A DNA stretch of 64,000 nucleotides from positions 2,075 to 66,074 of the forward strand of contig JACPYA010000027.1 of the NCBI GenBank assembly GCA_016196295.1, given 5' to 3'. This DNA comes from Candidatus Peregrinibacteria bacterium. Its GTDB lineage: Bacteria; Patescibacteriota; Gracilibacteria; Peribacterales; Peribacteraceae. This document shows, one piece after another, positions 1-8,674 of the stretch (position 1 is the first letter of the stretch; each line of letters starts with the position of its first letter). Below the pieces are notes generated by a model. That model searched no databases. It was not told the DNA's origin and worked only from the letters and a program-made list of their open reading frames with translations. The position numbers were made by a program, and so were the translations under genes.

Positions 1-34
1 TGCGCTCGATTTCACGCCTCTCTAGGCTGCCCGC

Positions 35-529
35 ATGTTGATCGGAACCGAACCTATTTCGGACTTCGGCACATTGAAGGAAGCTCAGCGCGATTGCGAA
101 AAACAGCAGGGAGTGGAATGGCTGGAAAAATGGGTTGGAAGAGGATCGATCGCCGTATCAGCCGTTGGGTCTTTCGCACTGGGCCACTTCGAAATCCAAA
201 ATGGCATCGATCCTGGGAGGGCAGTGGCCGCTCAAGCAGTCATGTGGGGTTTTCCGGCTCTCCTCCGTTATGAACTAAATTCTGAGAGAGAGGATGTGCT
301 CGAGCGCATCGCACATATCCGCAAACGCATAGGGGATTTTGTGCTCCGCCGCACTGGAGCCTTCGAGCGTCATCAAATTTCGGAAATGGGCATCAATGTC
401 AGTGATGCCGTGTCCGCGGTGCTCACACCGGAGACGAAAGAACATAAGCATTCCGTTCTGCAAAAAATTCTCAAGATTTCCGTGGAAGCCGGGCATCAGC
501 TGGGTGCGGCTCTGTCAGCTATGCTCTAA
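35..529 (+). CDS. hypothetical protein
   Basis: 164-aa ORF with no motif I recognise. It converges on the next gene and overlaps it by 15 nt. Confidence 0.35.
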   Translation: MLIGTEPISDFGTLKEAQRDCEKQQGVEWLEKWVGRGSIAVSAVGSFALGHFEIQNGIDPGRAVAAQAVMWGFPALLRYELNSEREDVLERIAHIRKRIGDFVLRRTGAFERHQISEMGINVSDAVSAVLTPETKEHKHSVLQKILKISVEAGHQLGAALSAML

Positions 530-1642
530 AGTCTCGTTCAGAGCATCTCGAAAGTGTGTGAGCGCTCGACCACGATGACTCGTACTATTTTTTTGTTCAA
601 TGGATAGCGCTGAGAATACAGCATTTTGCCCATCGGTCTTGAAACATGCGGAGATCGGAAGCCCCGGTACATAATCGGCCTCGAGCGTCTCGGTGATCAC
701 GCCATCGCATGTTCCTTCAAAGAGATGTTCCTTCCCGTGTTTATCGATGTAACAGAGCACGCAGACAAATCGCGCGCGCTTGTCTTTCTCTTTCTTCATC
801 CGTTTCAAGAAGTAGTCGATCCATTCCTTATCGGAAGCCTGCGGTCCTGCTCCCCAGCGACGCGTGTGGATGCCCAGTTCTTTTTTCAACGCTTCGACGA
901 TGATGCCGCTGTCATCAGCGAGCGTGGGGAGTCCTGTTCGATCAAAATAAAATCGAGCTTTTTGGATGGCGTTGGCTTCAAAGGTGTCGCCGGTTTCATG
1001 AGGAGTATCTTCGATGTAATGCAGGTCTAAAGGATTGATAATTTCAATGGGAAGATCTCTTAAACACTCTTGTATTTCGAGAATCTTTCCTCGATTGGTT
1101 GTTCCAACAACAAGTGGGGGATGTTGATCTGGAAAGCACAGGCCGGTGGTAAATCGATGCCGGTCGCTTGGTTTATTGATCGATGAAAACACATAATCTT
1201 CCGGTTTTTCGCAGAGGCCGGCTTTCACGGGATTTTGGTAAATATAATGGGTCATTGTATGAAGTTGTTGGATGGAATGAATAATCATGTCATGGAAGCC
1301 ATGTTGCCAAAGAGAATCACCAGAAATCGTAGGGCCGAAATATTTCGGCCCTACGGATTCATGAATTTTTTGTGAAATAGTTCTTTTGAGATATTGCATG
1401 CATTGACTCAGGGATTTGCCATGGGGACAGATGGCAAGATGTACATGATCCGGCATGATGACATATTCTATTAGCCAAAAATCTCCTCTCTTTTGATAAT
1501 TCCTTATAATTCCTTCAGCAATTTTTGCGTTTTCCTTGTCCGAAAAAAACGGGGTTCGATCTTTTGTAACAGTTGTCACAAAGAATGCGGTTCCATCTTG
1601 TCCCAGATGAATTCTCGGGGGTCTCATGAAGGAATTGTGCAT
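515..1642 (-). CDS. rdgB: fusion protein: IS200-like Y1/HUH transposase (RAYT-like) domain + RdgB/Ham1 non-canonical NTP pyrophosphatase
   Basis: N-terminal half has VIMPDHVHLAI (HUH) and THYIYQNPVKAGL (Tyr helix). C-terminal half has VVGTTNRGKILE, ETGDTFEANAIQKA, LADDSGIIVEAL and KNSTSHRGRAL (Ham1 motifs). One uninterrupted 375-aa frame. Its ATG overlaps the ftsK stop (TAATG). Confidence 0.8.
   Translation of the reverse strand: MHNSFMRPPRIHLGQDGTAFFVTTVTKDRTPFFSDKENAKIAEGIIRNYQKRGDFWLIEYVIMPDHVHLAICPHGKSLSQCMQYLKRTISQKIHESVGPKYFGPTISGDSLWQHGFHDMIIHSIQQLHTMTHYIYQNPVKAGLCEKPEDYVFSSINKPSDRHRFTTGLCFPDQHPPLVVGTTNRGKILEIQECLRDLPIEIINPLDLHYIEDTPHETGDTFEANAIQKARFYFDRTGLPTLADDSGIIVEALKKELGIHTRRWGAGPQASDKEWIDYFLKRMKKEKDKRARFVCVLCYIDKHGKEHLFEGTCDGVITETLEADYVPGLPISACFKTDGQNAVFSALSIEQKNSTSHRGRALTHFRDALNETLEHS
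1328..1355. repeat. 28-bp perfect palindrome cGTAGGGCCGAAAT|ATTTCGGCCCTACg, in frame inside the RAYT domain
   Basis: Read directly from the sequence. It encodes VGPKYFGPT, a segment absent at the same position of the paralogous RAYT at 60901-61338. Confidence 0.9.
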
Positions 1643-3936
1643 TATACGGACGTCTTCTCCATATAGATCTTCCTGGCCTTCGCCCCATCCGCGGGCCCGA
1701 TAAGGCCTTTTTCTTCCATGATATCGAGGAGGCGTGCCGCACGTGCATAGCCGACTTTCAGCTGCCGCTGGAGGAGGCTGGCGGACGCTTTGCCGGAGGC
1801 TTGCACGACCCGGACAGCCTCGAAGAAGAGGTCATCGCCGCCGTTGTCGTCCGCCTCCAGGTCGATCTGCGCGTAGGGGCGATCGAGCCCTTCGTCGTCA
1901 CTTTCTTCACCACCTTCGCCCTCTGCTTGGTCCGCAAGCCCGATCTGCTCCGTGATCTTCCCGCCACCGGCGATCTTTACCGCGTTGATGACGCGCTCGG
2001 TTTCCTTCGTGCTGACGAAGATGCCTTGGATGCGCACCGGGTTCTGCGTCGCCGCGGTCATGTAGAGCATGTCGCCTTTGCCGAGGAGGTCTTCCGCTCC
2101 GATGCCGTCGAGGATGGTGCGGCTATCGACCGAGGAGACGACGCGGAAGGCGATGCGGGTGGGAATGTTTGCCTTGATGAGACCGGTGATGACATCGACG
2201 CTCGGGCGTTGCGTGGCGATGACGAGGTGCATGCCCGCGGCGCGCGCCATCTGGGCGATGCGCGAGATCATCATTTCCGTGTCCCTCCTGTACTGGCGCA
2301 TCATGAGGTCCGCGAGCTCGTCGATGACGATGACGACGCGGGGGATGACGCTTGATTCCTCCATTTGCTTTTCGTTGTACTCATCGATGTTGCGGACCCC
2401 TGCTTCCGAGAAGCGGTGGAGCCGCCGTCCCATTTCCGCGACGGCCCAGCGAAGCGCTTGGAGTGCGCGCTCGGCCTCCGAGATCACGGGAGTCAAAAGG
2501 TGGGGAATGCCGTCGTACGGCATGAGCTCGACGCGCTTCGGGTCGATCAAGATGAACTTCAGCTCATGCGGCGCGTTCTGGTAGAGGAGCGCCGTGAGGA
2601 AGACGTTCATACAGACGGATTTTCCGGAGCCCGTGGCACCGGCGATCAATAAGTGCGGCATGTGGTCGAGGCTATCGACGATGGCCTCGCCGGAGACGTC
2701 GCGTCCCATCGGGAGGGTGAGCGAGGATTTGCTCTGCACGAAGGAGGGGGACTCGAGAATTTCCTTCAAGTGCACGATGGTGCGCTTGGTATTCGGCATC
2801 TCGATGCCGACGAGGGACTTCCCCGGGATCGGCGCTTCGATGCGCAGGCTCGGGGCCGCGAGCGCGAGCGCGAGGTCATTCTTCAGGCTGCCGATTTTGC
2901 TGAGGCGCACGCCCTCGGCGGGCTCCAGCGTGAACTGCGTGACGGTCGGGCCGGGACGCGCGTCGCGGACGGCGACTTTGATCTCAAATTCTTCCAGCTT
3001 CTCCTCGATCAGCTTTGCCTGGCGCTTGAGTTCCTCGTCATTCACCGTGAGTTCGCTGTGCGCGGTATCAAGGAGGTCGAGGCTCGGGAACGTCCACTCC
3101 TCGAAGCGCGTATCTTTCATCTCCATCACGTCTCTCAGTTTCTTCATGGCCTTTTCGCGCGCTGCTTTCTCCGCCTTCACCTTCGCCTGCGCGAACGCGG
3201 GGCGGACGATATTGAGCTCCGGCGGCTCGGTATCTTGTTCCACCAAATCCTCGTCATCTTCGTTCGTCTCCTCATCCTCTTCATCGTTCTCCACGACCTG
3301 CATCCTGCGCGTGCGCGGCGGCTTCACGAATTGCGGGCGTCTGCGGAAAATCAGGTTCTTGAGCTTCTCCGTATCCGGTTCGAAGGAGATCAAAAGTCCC
3401 ACGAGGAACATGGCACCGAGGACCGTGTAGCCGACGGCGCGGCTGAGGAACAGCAAGAACGGCAAGCTCATCATGAAGCCGATCGCTCCCGCAAGCTCAT
3501 CTCTGCGCGTGCCGATATCCTGGAGCGGCGCACCGAGGTGCATGAGCCCGAGGAAGGAGACGAGGCAGAGCGCGAGCCCGAGGGTGCGCTTGAATTCCAA
3601 TTTCTGCTCCGGCGCGAAGAAATTCAAAATGCCGCCGGAGGCGAGCACGATCGGGAAAATGAGCTTCCACGAACCGAAGAAGAACGTCAGGAATTGGTTA
3701 ATGGAGTTTCCGACGATGCCGGCGCGTCCTTTGATGACGAGGAAGAAGAGGACGGCAAGGCAGATCTGGATGGTTCCGTTGATGATGGTGCGGGTGGAGG
3801 ACTTGAGCTCCAGGAGGGGCTCGGATTTCTTGGCTCGTCTTCGCGTTGTTTTTCGTCGGTGTCGAGGCATTGGCCAGGATTGTAGCTGGAATTTGTACCA
3901 ATGTGCAGCGTCTGTTTTGCTCTTGTGCGAGCCCAA
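1642..3936 (-). CDS. ftsK: DNA translocase FtsK/SpoIIIE
   Basis: N-terminal TM segments, Walker A IAGATGSGKSVCMN, Walker B VVIVIDELADLMM, and a C-terminal gamma winged helix LLQRQLKVGYARAARLLDIMEEKGLIG. Alternative start at Met23 (3870). Confidence 0.9.
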   Translation of the reverse strand: MGSHKSKTDAAHWYKFQLQSWPMPRHRRKTTRRRAKKSEPLLELKSSTRTIINGTIQICLAVLFFLVIKGRAGIVGNSINQFLTFFFGSWKLIFPIVLASGGILNFFAPEQKLEFKRTLGLALCLVSFLGLMHLGAPLQDIGTRRDELAGAIGFMMSLPFLLFLSRAVGYTVLGAMFLVGLLISFEPDTEKLKNLIFRRRPQFVKPPRTRRMQVVENDEEDEETNEDDEDLVEQDTEPPELNIVRPAFAQAKVKAEKAAREKAMKKLRDVMEMKDTRFEEWTFPSLDLLDTAHSELTVNDEELKRQAKLIEEKLEEFEIKVAVRDARPGPTVTQFTLEPAEGVRLSKIGSLKNDLALALAAPSLRIEAPIPGKSLVGIEMPNTKRTIVHLKEILESPSFVQSKSSLTLPMGRDVSGEAIVDSLDHMPHLLIAGATGSGKSVCMNVFLTALLYQNAPHELKFILIDPKRVELMPYDGIPHLLTPVISEAERALQALRWAVAEMGRRLHRFSEAGVRNIDEYNEKQMEESSVIPRVVIVIDELADLMMRQYRRDTEMMISRIAQMARAAGMHLVIATQRPSVDVITGLIKANIPTRIAFRVVSSVDSRTILDGIGAEDLLGKGDMLYMTAATQNPVRIQGIFVSTKETERVINAVKIAGGGKITEQIGLADQAEGEGGEESDDEGLDRPYAQIDLEADDNGGDDLFFEAVRVVQASGKASASLLQRQLKVGYARAARLLDIMEEKGLIGPADGAKARKIYMEKTSV

Positions 3937-4361
3937 TCTCGAATATCCTCTAAAATTTTAAGCCGCAGTCTAAGTCTTTCTCCTGCAAGATTTTCTTTCT
4001 GCATCAATCGTTCCTTAGTTGGGAGGACACGCAGTCGCTCCAGCGTTTGAAGGATAACTCCTGTGGCTCTCGCTACTGCTGCATCGAAGCGATGAATATC
4101 TTTCCGGTCTCGAGCCATTCTATGTGTGCTGACGATCGAAGAAAGTACCCTGCTTCTCGGCATCGTCGCGTCGAGAATTTCTTGATTGCACATTTCTTGC
4201 AGTGTCGGTTCGACGAGATCGTTTGGAATGAGCGTTCTTCGTATGATTCTCTCCAACCGTTTTCTGTCGATTGTCTGGTTACCGCGAAGTTCCGCTTCCT
4301 GCATCTCAATATGGATCTCGCTGATCAACCTGCTTTGGTGCTGTGTGAGACTCGTACTCAT
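3687..4361 (-). CDS. hypothetical protein (helical); 3' end uncertain
   Basis: ORF in a lower-GC stretch (3940-4360). Its last ~60-80 codons overlap the ftsK N-terminus in another frame and look like shadow sequence (Ser/Pro-rich). Confidence 0.3.
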   Translation of the reverse strand: MSTSLTQHQSRLISEIHIEMQEAELRGNQTIDRKRLERIIRRTLIPNDLVEPTLQEMCNQEILDATMPRSRVLSSIVSTHRMARDRKDIHRFDAAVARATGVILQTLERLRVLPTKERLMQKENLAGERLRLRLKILEDIRDWARTRAKQTLHIGTNSSYNPGQCLDTDEKQREDEPRNPSPSWSSSPPPAPSSTEPSRSALPSSSSSSSKDAPASSETPLTNS

Positions 4362-5292
4362 GGATCTTTCATTGGTGAAGAAACGCCGCTTCCTTTACAC
4401 TCTGGACGTGAAGACTCTGATTTTCGGTTCCAAAGGCTACCTCGGCCAGCAATTTCTGGGTGTCTACCCGGACGCCGCGACCCCGAGCGGAAATATCGCG
4501 GACAGGGCTTTTGTCAGCCGCGTTCTCGATGAAGTCCGTCCGGACGTCGTCATCAACGCCGCGGGGAAAACCGGGCGACCGAACATCGATTGGTGCGAGG
4601 ACCACAAGCACGAGACGATCGAGGCGAACATCACGGGTCCGCTCGTGCTGCTGGAAGAGTGCGCGAATCGCGGGATCTACTGGGTGCACCTCGGCTCCGG
4701 TTGCATCTACCAGGGCGATGGTTCGGCTTCGCTTCCGTCGCGGCTCGGCCGCGCCGAGACGGGCACCACAGGCAATGGCGGCAGAGGATTTTCCGAGGAG
4801 GATCCGCCGAATTATGCCGGGAGTTTCTACTCGCGCACGAAGGCGTGGATCGATCAGATCCTGAAAGATTTTCCCGTTCTGAATCTCCGTCTGCGCATGC
4901 CGTTCGACGGCTCCAAAAACGAGCGCAATTTGATCACGAAACTCATCAAGTATCCGACGGTCTTGGATGTCCAAAATTCCATCACGTACCTGCCGGATTT
5001 TCTGAAGGTTGCGAAGAAGCTGATCGCCGACCGCGCGACGGGTACCTACAACGTCGTGAATCCCGGGTCCATCTCGCCCTACGAAATCATGGAGAAATAT
5101 ACGGAGATGGTCGATCCCGCGCACACGTTCAAGAGACTCAGGCTCGAAGATCTTTCGTCAGTCGCAAAAGCGGGGCGCAGCAATTGCATCCTCTCCACGA
5201 AGAAGATCGAATCTTTGCCTGTTAAAATGAAGCCCGTGAAAGAAGCTGTGGAGGAGGCGCTCGCTACAATCAATAATTATGAAAAAAAATGA
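4360..5292 (+). CDS. NAD(P)-dependent sugar-nucleotide 3,5-epimerase/4-reductase-like protein (NRS/ER, RmlD-related)
   Basis: TLIFGSKGYLG Rossmann start, GKTGRPNIDWCEDHKHETIEANITGPL and YSRTKAWIDQILKDFPVLNLRLRMPF resemble the NRS/ER-type rhamnose synthase C-domain. GTG at 4408 is an equally good start. Confidence 0.65.
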   Translation: MDLSLVKKRRFLYTLDVKTLIFGSKGYLGQQFLGVYPDAATPSGNIADRAFVSRVLDEVRPDVVINAAGKTGRPNIDWCEDHKHETIEANITGPLVLLEECANRGIYWVHLGSGCIYQGDGSASLPSRLGRAETGTTGNGGRGFSEEDPPNYAGSFYSRTKAWIDQILKDFPVLNLRLRMPFDGSKNERNLITKLIKYPTVLDVQNSITYLPDFLKVAKKLIADRATGTYNVVNPGSISPYEIMEKYTEMVDPAHTFKRLRLEDLSSVAKAGRSNCILSTKKIESLPVKMKPVKEAVEEALATINNYEKK

Positions 5293-5980
5293 AACTAGTC
5301 GTGGCACGGGCGTCCCGCCCGTGAATGTATCCGAGGGAAATCATGAGGCAATAACTATCCAAAAAAGGAGAGGAGCATATTTACCTCACTGGATGAGAGA
5401 TCAGGCCACGTACGCTGTAACCTTTCGTTTATTTGATTCTCTCCCGAAACCTGTTCTGGAAGGCTTCATTGAGGAACGCAGTGAGATAGTGAAAATAGCC
5501 GAGCGTATGAAGAGAGAATTAACAAAACATGAGAGAAAGAGATTGCACGAACTGCATTCAGAAAAAATTGAGAAATATTTGCATGCAGGTCATGGTGAAT
5601 GCTGGCTAAAAAATCCGGAAATCGCCAAGTTGGCACTCAATGCATTCCGTCACTTTGACGGAACCAGGTATCGGCTTATCTGTACATGTATCATGCCTCA
5701 TCATGTTCATGTCATTGTTTCTCCATTTTCTGGTTTTGAGCTTCAAGATATTGTTCAGTCTTGGAAGTCTTTTACATCCAAAGAAGCGAATAAAATTCTG
5801 GGGCGGGCAGGACAGTTCTGGCAGCCGGAATATTACGATCATCTCGTTCGCGGTGAGAATGATTTGGCGCACGCAATCGAATATGTTTGGTATAATCCAG
5901 AGAAAGCGGGTTTGATAGGCTGGAAGTGGAGATGGAGGCAAGAACGGGGCCACGGGCAAGATGCCCGTGCCACGCTTTAG
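5279..5980 (+). CDS. REP-associated tyrosine transposase (RAYT, IS200-like Y1 HUH)
   Basis: YLPHW N-terminal motif, CIMPHHVHVIV (HUH) and EYVWYNPEKAGL (Tyr helix). Both ORF ends run through REP-like hairpins. GTG at 5321 is a possible true start. Confidence 0.8.
   Translation: MKKNETSRGTGVPPVNVSEGNHEAITIQKRRGAYLPHWMRDQATYAVTFRLFDSLPKPVLEGFIEERSEIVKIAERMKRELTKHERKRLHELHSEKIEKYLHAGHGECWLKNPEIAKLALNAFRHFDGTRYRLICTCIMPHHVHVIVSPFSGFELQDIVQSWKSFTSKEANKILGRAGQFWQPEYYDHLVRGENDLAHAIEYVWYNPEKAGLIGWKWRWRQERGHGQDARATL
5301..5323. repeat. REP-like hairpin GTGG-CACGGGC-gtccc-GCCCGTG (left flank of RAYT)
   Basis: 7-bp stem read directly. The 11-mer GTGGCACGGGC is the reverse complement of 5963-5973. Confidence 0.85.
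5951..5973. repeat. REP-like hairpin CACGGGC-aagat-GCCCGTG-CCAC (right flank of RAYT, inverted orientation)
   Basis: Same stem as 5305-5323, with the asymmetric GTGG/CCAC tail on the opposite side. Confidence 0.85.
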
Positions 5981-5983
5981 AGA

Positions 5984-6700
5984 TTATTTCTTATAGCGCC
6001 ACGGTCGCTCGAGTCGATCTTGGTCTTCCATGTGTCTGACGTCATCTTCCGAGGGAATGATCAATCCGGGATCGCTCTGATCGGGAAGAGGACTCACGCT
6101 CTGCTTCGAAGAGCGAGGAGTCTCTGAATGATCTTCAGACGGAACACCGGGGGTCTCGTGCAGGGTAACGGGCTTCCGCTCATTACCCTGCACGCGGATC
6201 GCCGGAGGTTTGCGAGGAGCTTTCGCTTCTTCAAGGTGGTGCTCATAGGTTCTATAGCCCGCAACAGCTGCGAGGAGAACGGCGAAGGCCAAACGCCAGC
6301 TGCGCATTTTCGAGTCGAGCTCTACATTTTTCGTCTCAAGCTCCAGGTTCCCTGCTCCTAGTCGCACGTTCTCTACAAGAAGTTTCTGATTTGCGTGGAA
6401 GAGGGATGTATTTCTGACGGATGCTTTCCCAAGCGCTTCTTCCTGTTCACGGATTCTCTGTCCCATTCCCTCGGCACCGGAAGATTGCGCGATTGCTCTC
6501 CAGAGGATTTCGAGGGCGGGACCTTTACCTGTGAGCCGTCGATCGAACTCCGCGGAATTCATTGCTTGGACTTTCTTTCCGAGCTGAAGGACTCCATCCG
6601 TCAGTTTTGGATTGAATGGTGGTTTTGTTGCATGGAAGGTCTCGAGCAACATAGAAAACTGCGTGTCGAAGTCTGCCACTTGCTCAGTTCTCTGTTCCAT
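5984..6700 (-). CDS. hypothetical membrane-anchored coiled-coil protein
   Basis: 238-aa ORF with one TM segment (WRLAFAVLLAAVAGY) after a helical N-terminal part. No recognised family. Confidence 0.45.
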   Translation of the reverse strand: MEQRTEQVADFDTQFSMLLETFHATKPPFNPKLTDGVLQLGKKVQAMNSAEFDRRLTGKGPALEILWRAIAQSSGAEGMGQRIREQEEALGKASVRNTSLFHANQKLLVENVRLGAGNLELETKNVELDSKMRSWRLAFAVLLAAVAGYRTYEHHLEEAKAPRKPPAIRVQGNERKPVTLHETPGVPSEDHSETPRSSKQSVSPLPDQSDPGLIIPSEDDVRHMEDQDRLERPWRYKK

Positions 6701-6824
6701 GATGGAGTGTATTATGAACCTTTTTATAGAAACTGCAACTTTCTGTGAAATTTTGCGAGAAGCCTTCTTTCAATGGCTTTTTAAGGTTGTCAAAGACTTG
6801 ATTTTTGGCTTCTTGGCGCGGATA

Positions 6825-8603
6825 ATGCTTCCTCGTATTTTATCTCCGCCATACTTCGTTCCCTCAGTACACGTGCGCATCTTTTCTTGGATCCGAGCTC
6901 ACAAGTGGCTGACTGCGATCATCATCGTGGCGCTGCTCATTATAGGCGGCATCGTCGCGGCAGTCGCGAGTCCGAACCCGCCCGAATACGTGACGGCATT
7001 CGTCGAGCGCGGTGATCTGCGTCAGACCGTGGAGGGGATCGGCACGGTGATCTCGGAGCGCGATCTCGCGCTGCAATTTCCTCGTTCAGGTGTCGTCGAT
7101 GTCGTGCTTGTAAAAGAAGGAGACATCGTGAAGGCGGGGCAAACCCTCGCGCGGCTGCGTGCGGGCAGCGAAGCTGCCGACGTCGCCTCGGCGGCCGCTC
7201 GGCTCGCATCGGCCGAGGCCGACTTGCGTGCGCTCCGGGAGGGGAATCGTCCCGAGGACATCGCCATCGCCGAGGCGCAGCTGGAAAACAGCCGCGCGCA
7301 GCTCGCCTCCGCTCGTGAATCTCTGGAAACGGCGGAAGAGAGCCTTCGTTCTTCCCAGGAACAAATGGAAGCCTTGGAATCCGAAGCGGACATCAACGCT
7401 TCCGGTGAGCGCGCCGTCGCGATGAGTTCCATTGCTTCGGAGATCGCGGCGGGGGAGTCCGCGCTCTCGTCCGTCGAGACCGTGTGGGACGATCCCAATG
7501 TGCAAGACGCCGTGATCAAGTCCGAACCCGCGCAATATGACCGCGTGCGCCAGCAGATCGGCGGGGCTCGCACGCTGCTTCAACATGCGCGCGATGCCGC
7601 AACGACGTGGAATGATCCAACCAGTGCGGCGCAGGAAGCGCGCCGAGCGCTCGCTGCGACCTCCGACGTCGTGCGTCTTGCCTTCGACACGGTGAGCGCT
7701 CTCCCGATCACCGCCTACTTCACCGACGCCAAGAAAGAGCAGCATAAGACGTCGCTCGCTAACGCGCGCGCAAGTACGGAGAATGCGATTCGTGGCGTGG
7801 AAGGGGCCGTGAAGAGCTTGCGGGACGCTTCAGCGTCCTACGACACACGCATCACGTCCGAAGAGTCGGCTCTGCGCAATGCCGAAGGAGCGCGCGACAA
7901 AGCGCTCGCGGACATCCGCACCTTCGAAGCGGCCCTCCGAACGGAGCAAGCACAGCTCGACCTCACGCGTGCAGGTTCCCGTCCCAGCGACATCGCGGCG
8001 GCGGAAGCCCGCGTGCGCGAACAGCGCGCGGCGGTCGCGAGAGCATCCGCCTCGTACCGCGACATGGTGCTGACGGCTCCCATCGACGGGACGGTGACGG
8101 ATGTCGCTGCAAAGATCGGCGAGTTCACGCCCTCGGGCCCCTTCCTTACGATGCTCGGCGACACGCCGTACCGCATCGAGCTCTTCACGTCCGAGATCGA
8201 CATTCCGAAAGTACGCCTCACGCAGTCGGGCTCGGTCGAGCTCGATGCGTTCCCGGATGTGCACTACAAGCTGCGCGTCAGCGAGATCGATCCCGCGGCG
8301 ACCGATCGAGACGGCGTGCCCAAGTATCGCGTGAAGCTCGACTTCGTCTACCCGCACGATGAATTCAAAGTCGGCATGACCGGCGACGCGGAGATCATCA
8401 CGGGAGAGCGCATCAATGTCATCAGCGTGCCCCGCCGCGGCGTGCTGCGCGGCGAGACTGGCGATTACGTGCGCGTATTGCAAGACGATGGGGCCGTCGT
8501 CGAGAAGCCGGTCCGCATCGGGATGGAAGGGGAGACGGGCAACGTGGAAATGTTGAGCGGCATTGCCGAAGGCGAAACCGTCATCCTCCTCATTAAAGAA
8601 TGA
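6825..8603 (+). CDS. efflux transporter periplasmic adaptor (HlyD/MacA family) with very long Ala-rich coiled coil
   Basis: N-terminal TM (WLTAIIIVALLIIGGIVAAV), VKEGDIVKAGQTLARL, LTAPIDGTVTDVAAKIGEF and a C-terminal beta-barrel. First gene of an operon with the MacB-type ATPase and permeases. Alternative starts at 6714 and 6873. Confidence 0.75.
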   Translation: MLPRILSPPYFVPSVHVRIFSWIRAHKWLTAIIIVALLIIGGIVAAVASPNPPEYVTAFVERGDLRQTVEGIGTVISERDLALQFPRSGVVDVVLVKEGDIVKAGQTLARLRAGSEAADVASAAARLASAEADLRALREGNRPEDIAIAEAQLENSRAQLASARESLETAEESLRSSQEQMEALESEADINASGERAVAMSSIASEIAAGESALSSVETVWDDPNVQDAVIKSEPAQYDRVRQQIGGARTLLQHARDAATTWNDPTSAAQEARRALAATSDVVRLAFDTVSALPITAYFTDAKKEQHKTSLANARASTENAIRGVEGAVKSLRDASASYDTRITSEESALRNAEGARDKALADIRTFEAALRTEQAQLDLTRAGSRPSDIAAAEARVREQRAAVARASASYRDMVLTAPIDGTVTDVAAKIGEFTPSGPFLTMLGDTPYRIELFTSEIDIPKVRLTQSGSVELDAFPDVHYKLRVSEIDPAATDRDGVPKYRVKLDFVYPHDEFKVGMTGDAEIITGERINVISVPRRGVLRGETGDYVRVLQDDGAVVEKPVRIGMEGETGNVEMLSGIAEGETVILLIKE

Positions 8604-8672
8604 ATGAATGTTGAATATTGAATGTAGGAAATTCCAATATTCAACATTCCACATTCAACATTCTGCATTCAT
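8601..8672. repeat. inverted heptamer arrays: (ATGTTGA-like)x4 / (TCAACAT-like)x4-5, with a 15-bp perfect stem 8606-8620 / 8635-8649
   Basis: Read directly. It fills the gap from the adaptor stop codon (TGA 8601-8603) to the ATPase ATG (8675). Confidence 0.9.
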
Positions 8673-8674
8673 CC

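Noticed and set aside
4359-4362. Divergent ORFs 3687-4361(-) and 4360-5292(+) share a CATG, so their start codons overlap head to head with no promoter space.
   Set aside because: This is most likely an artefact of taking the longest ORFs. A GTG at 4408 gives the expected MKTLIFG-type Rossmann N-terminus, and an internal ATG at 4304 is available for the minus gene. That leaves ~100 nt of intergenic DNA.
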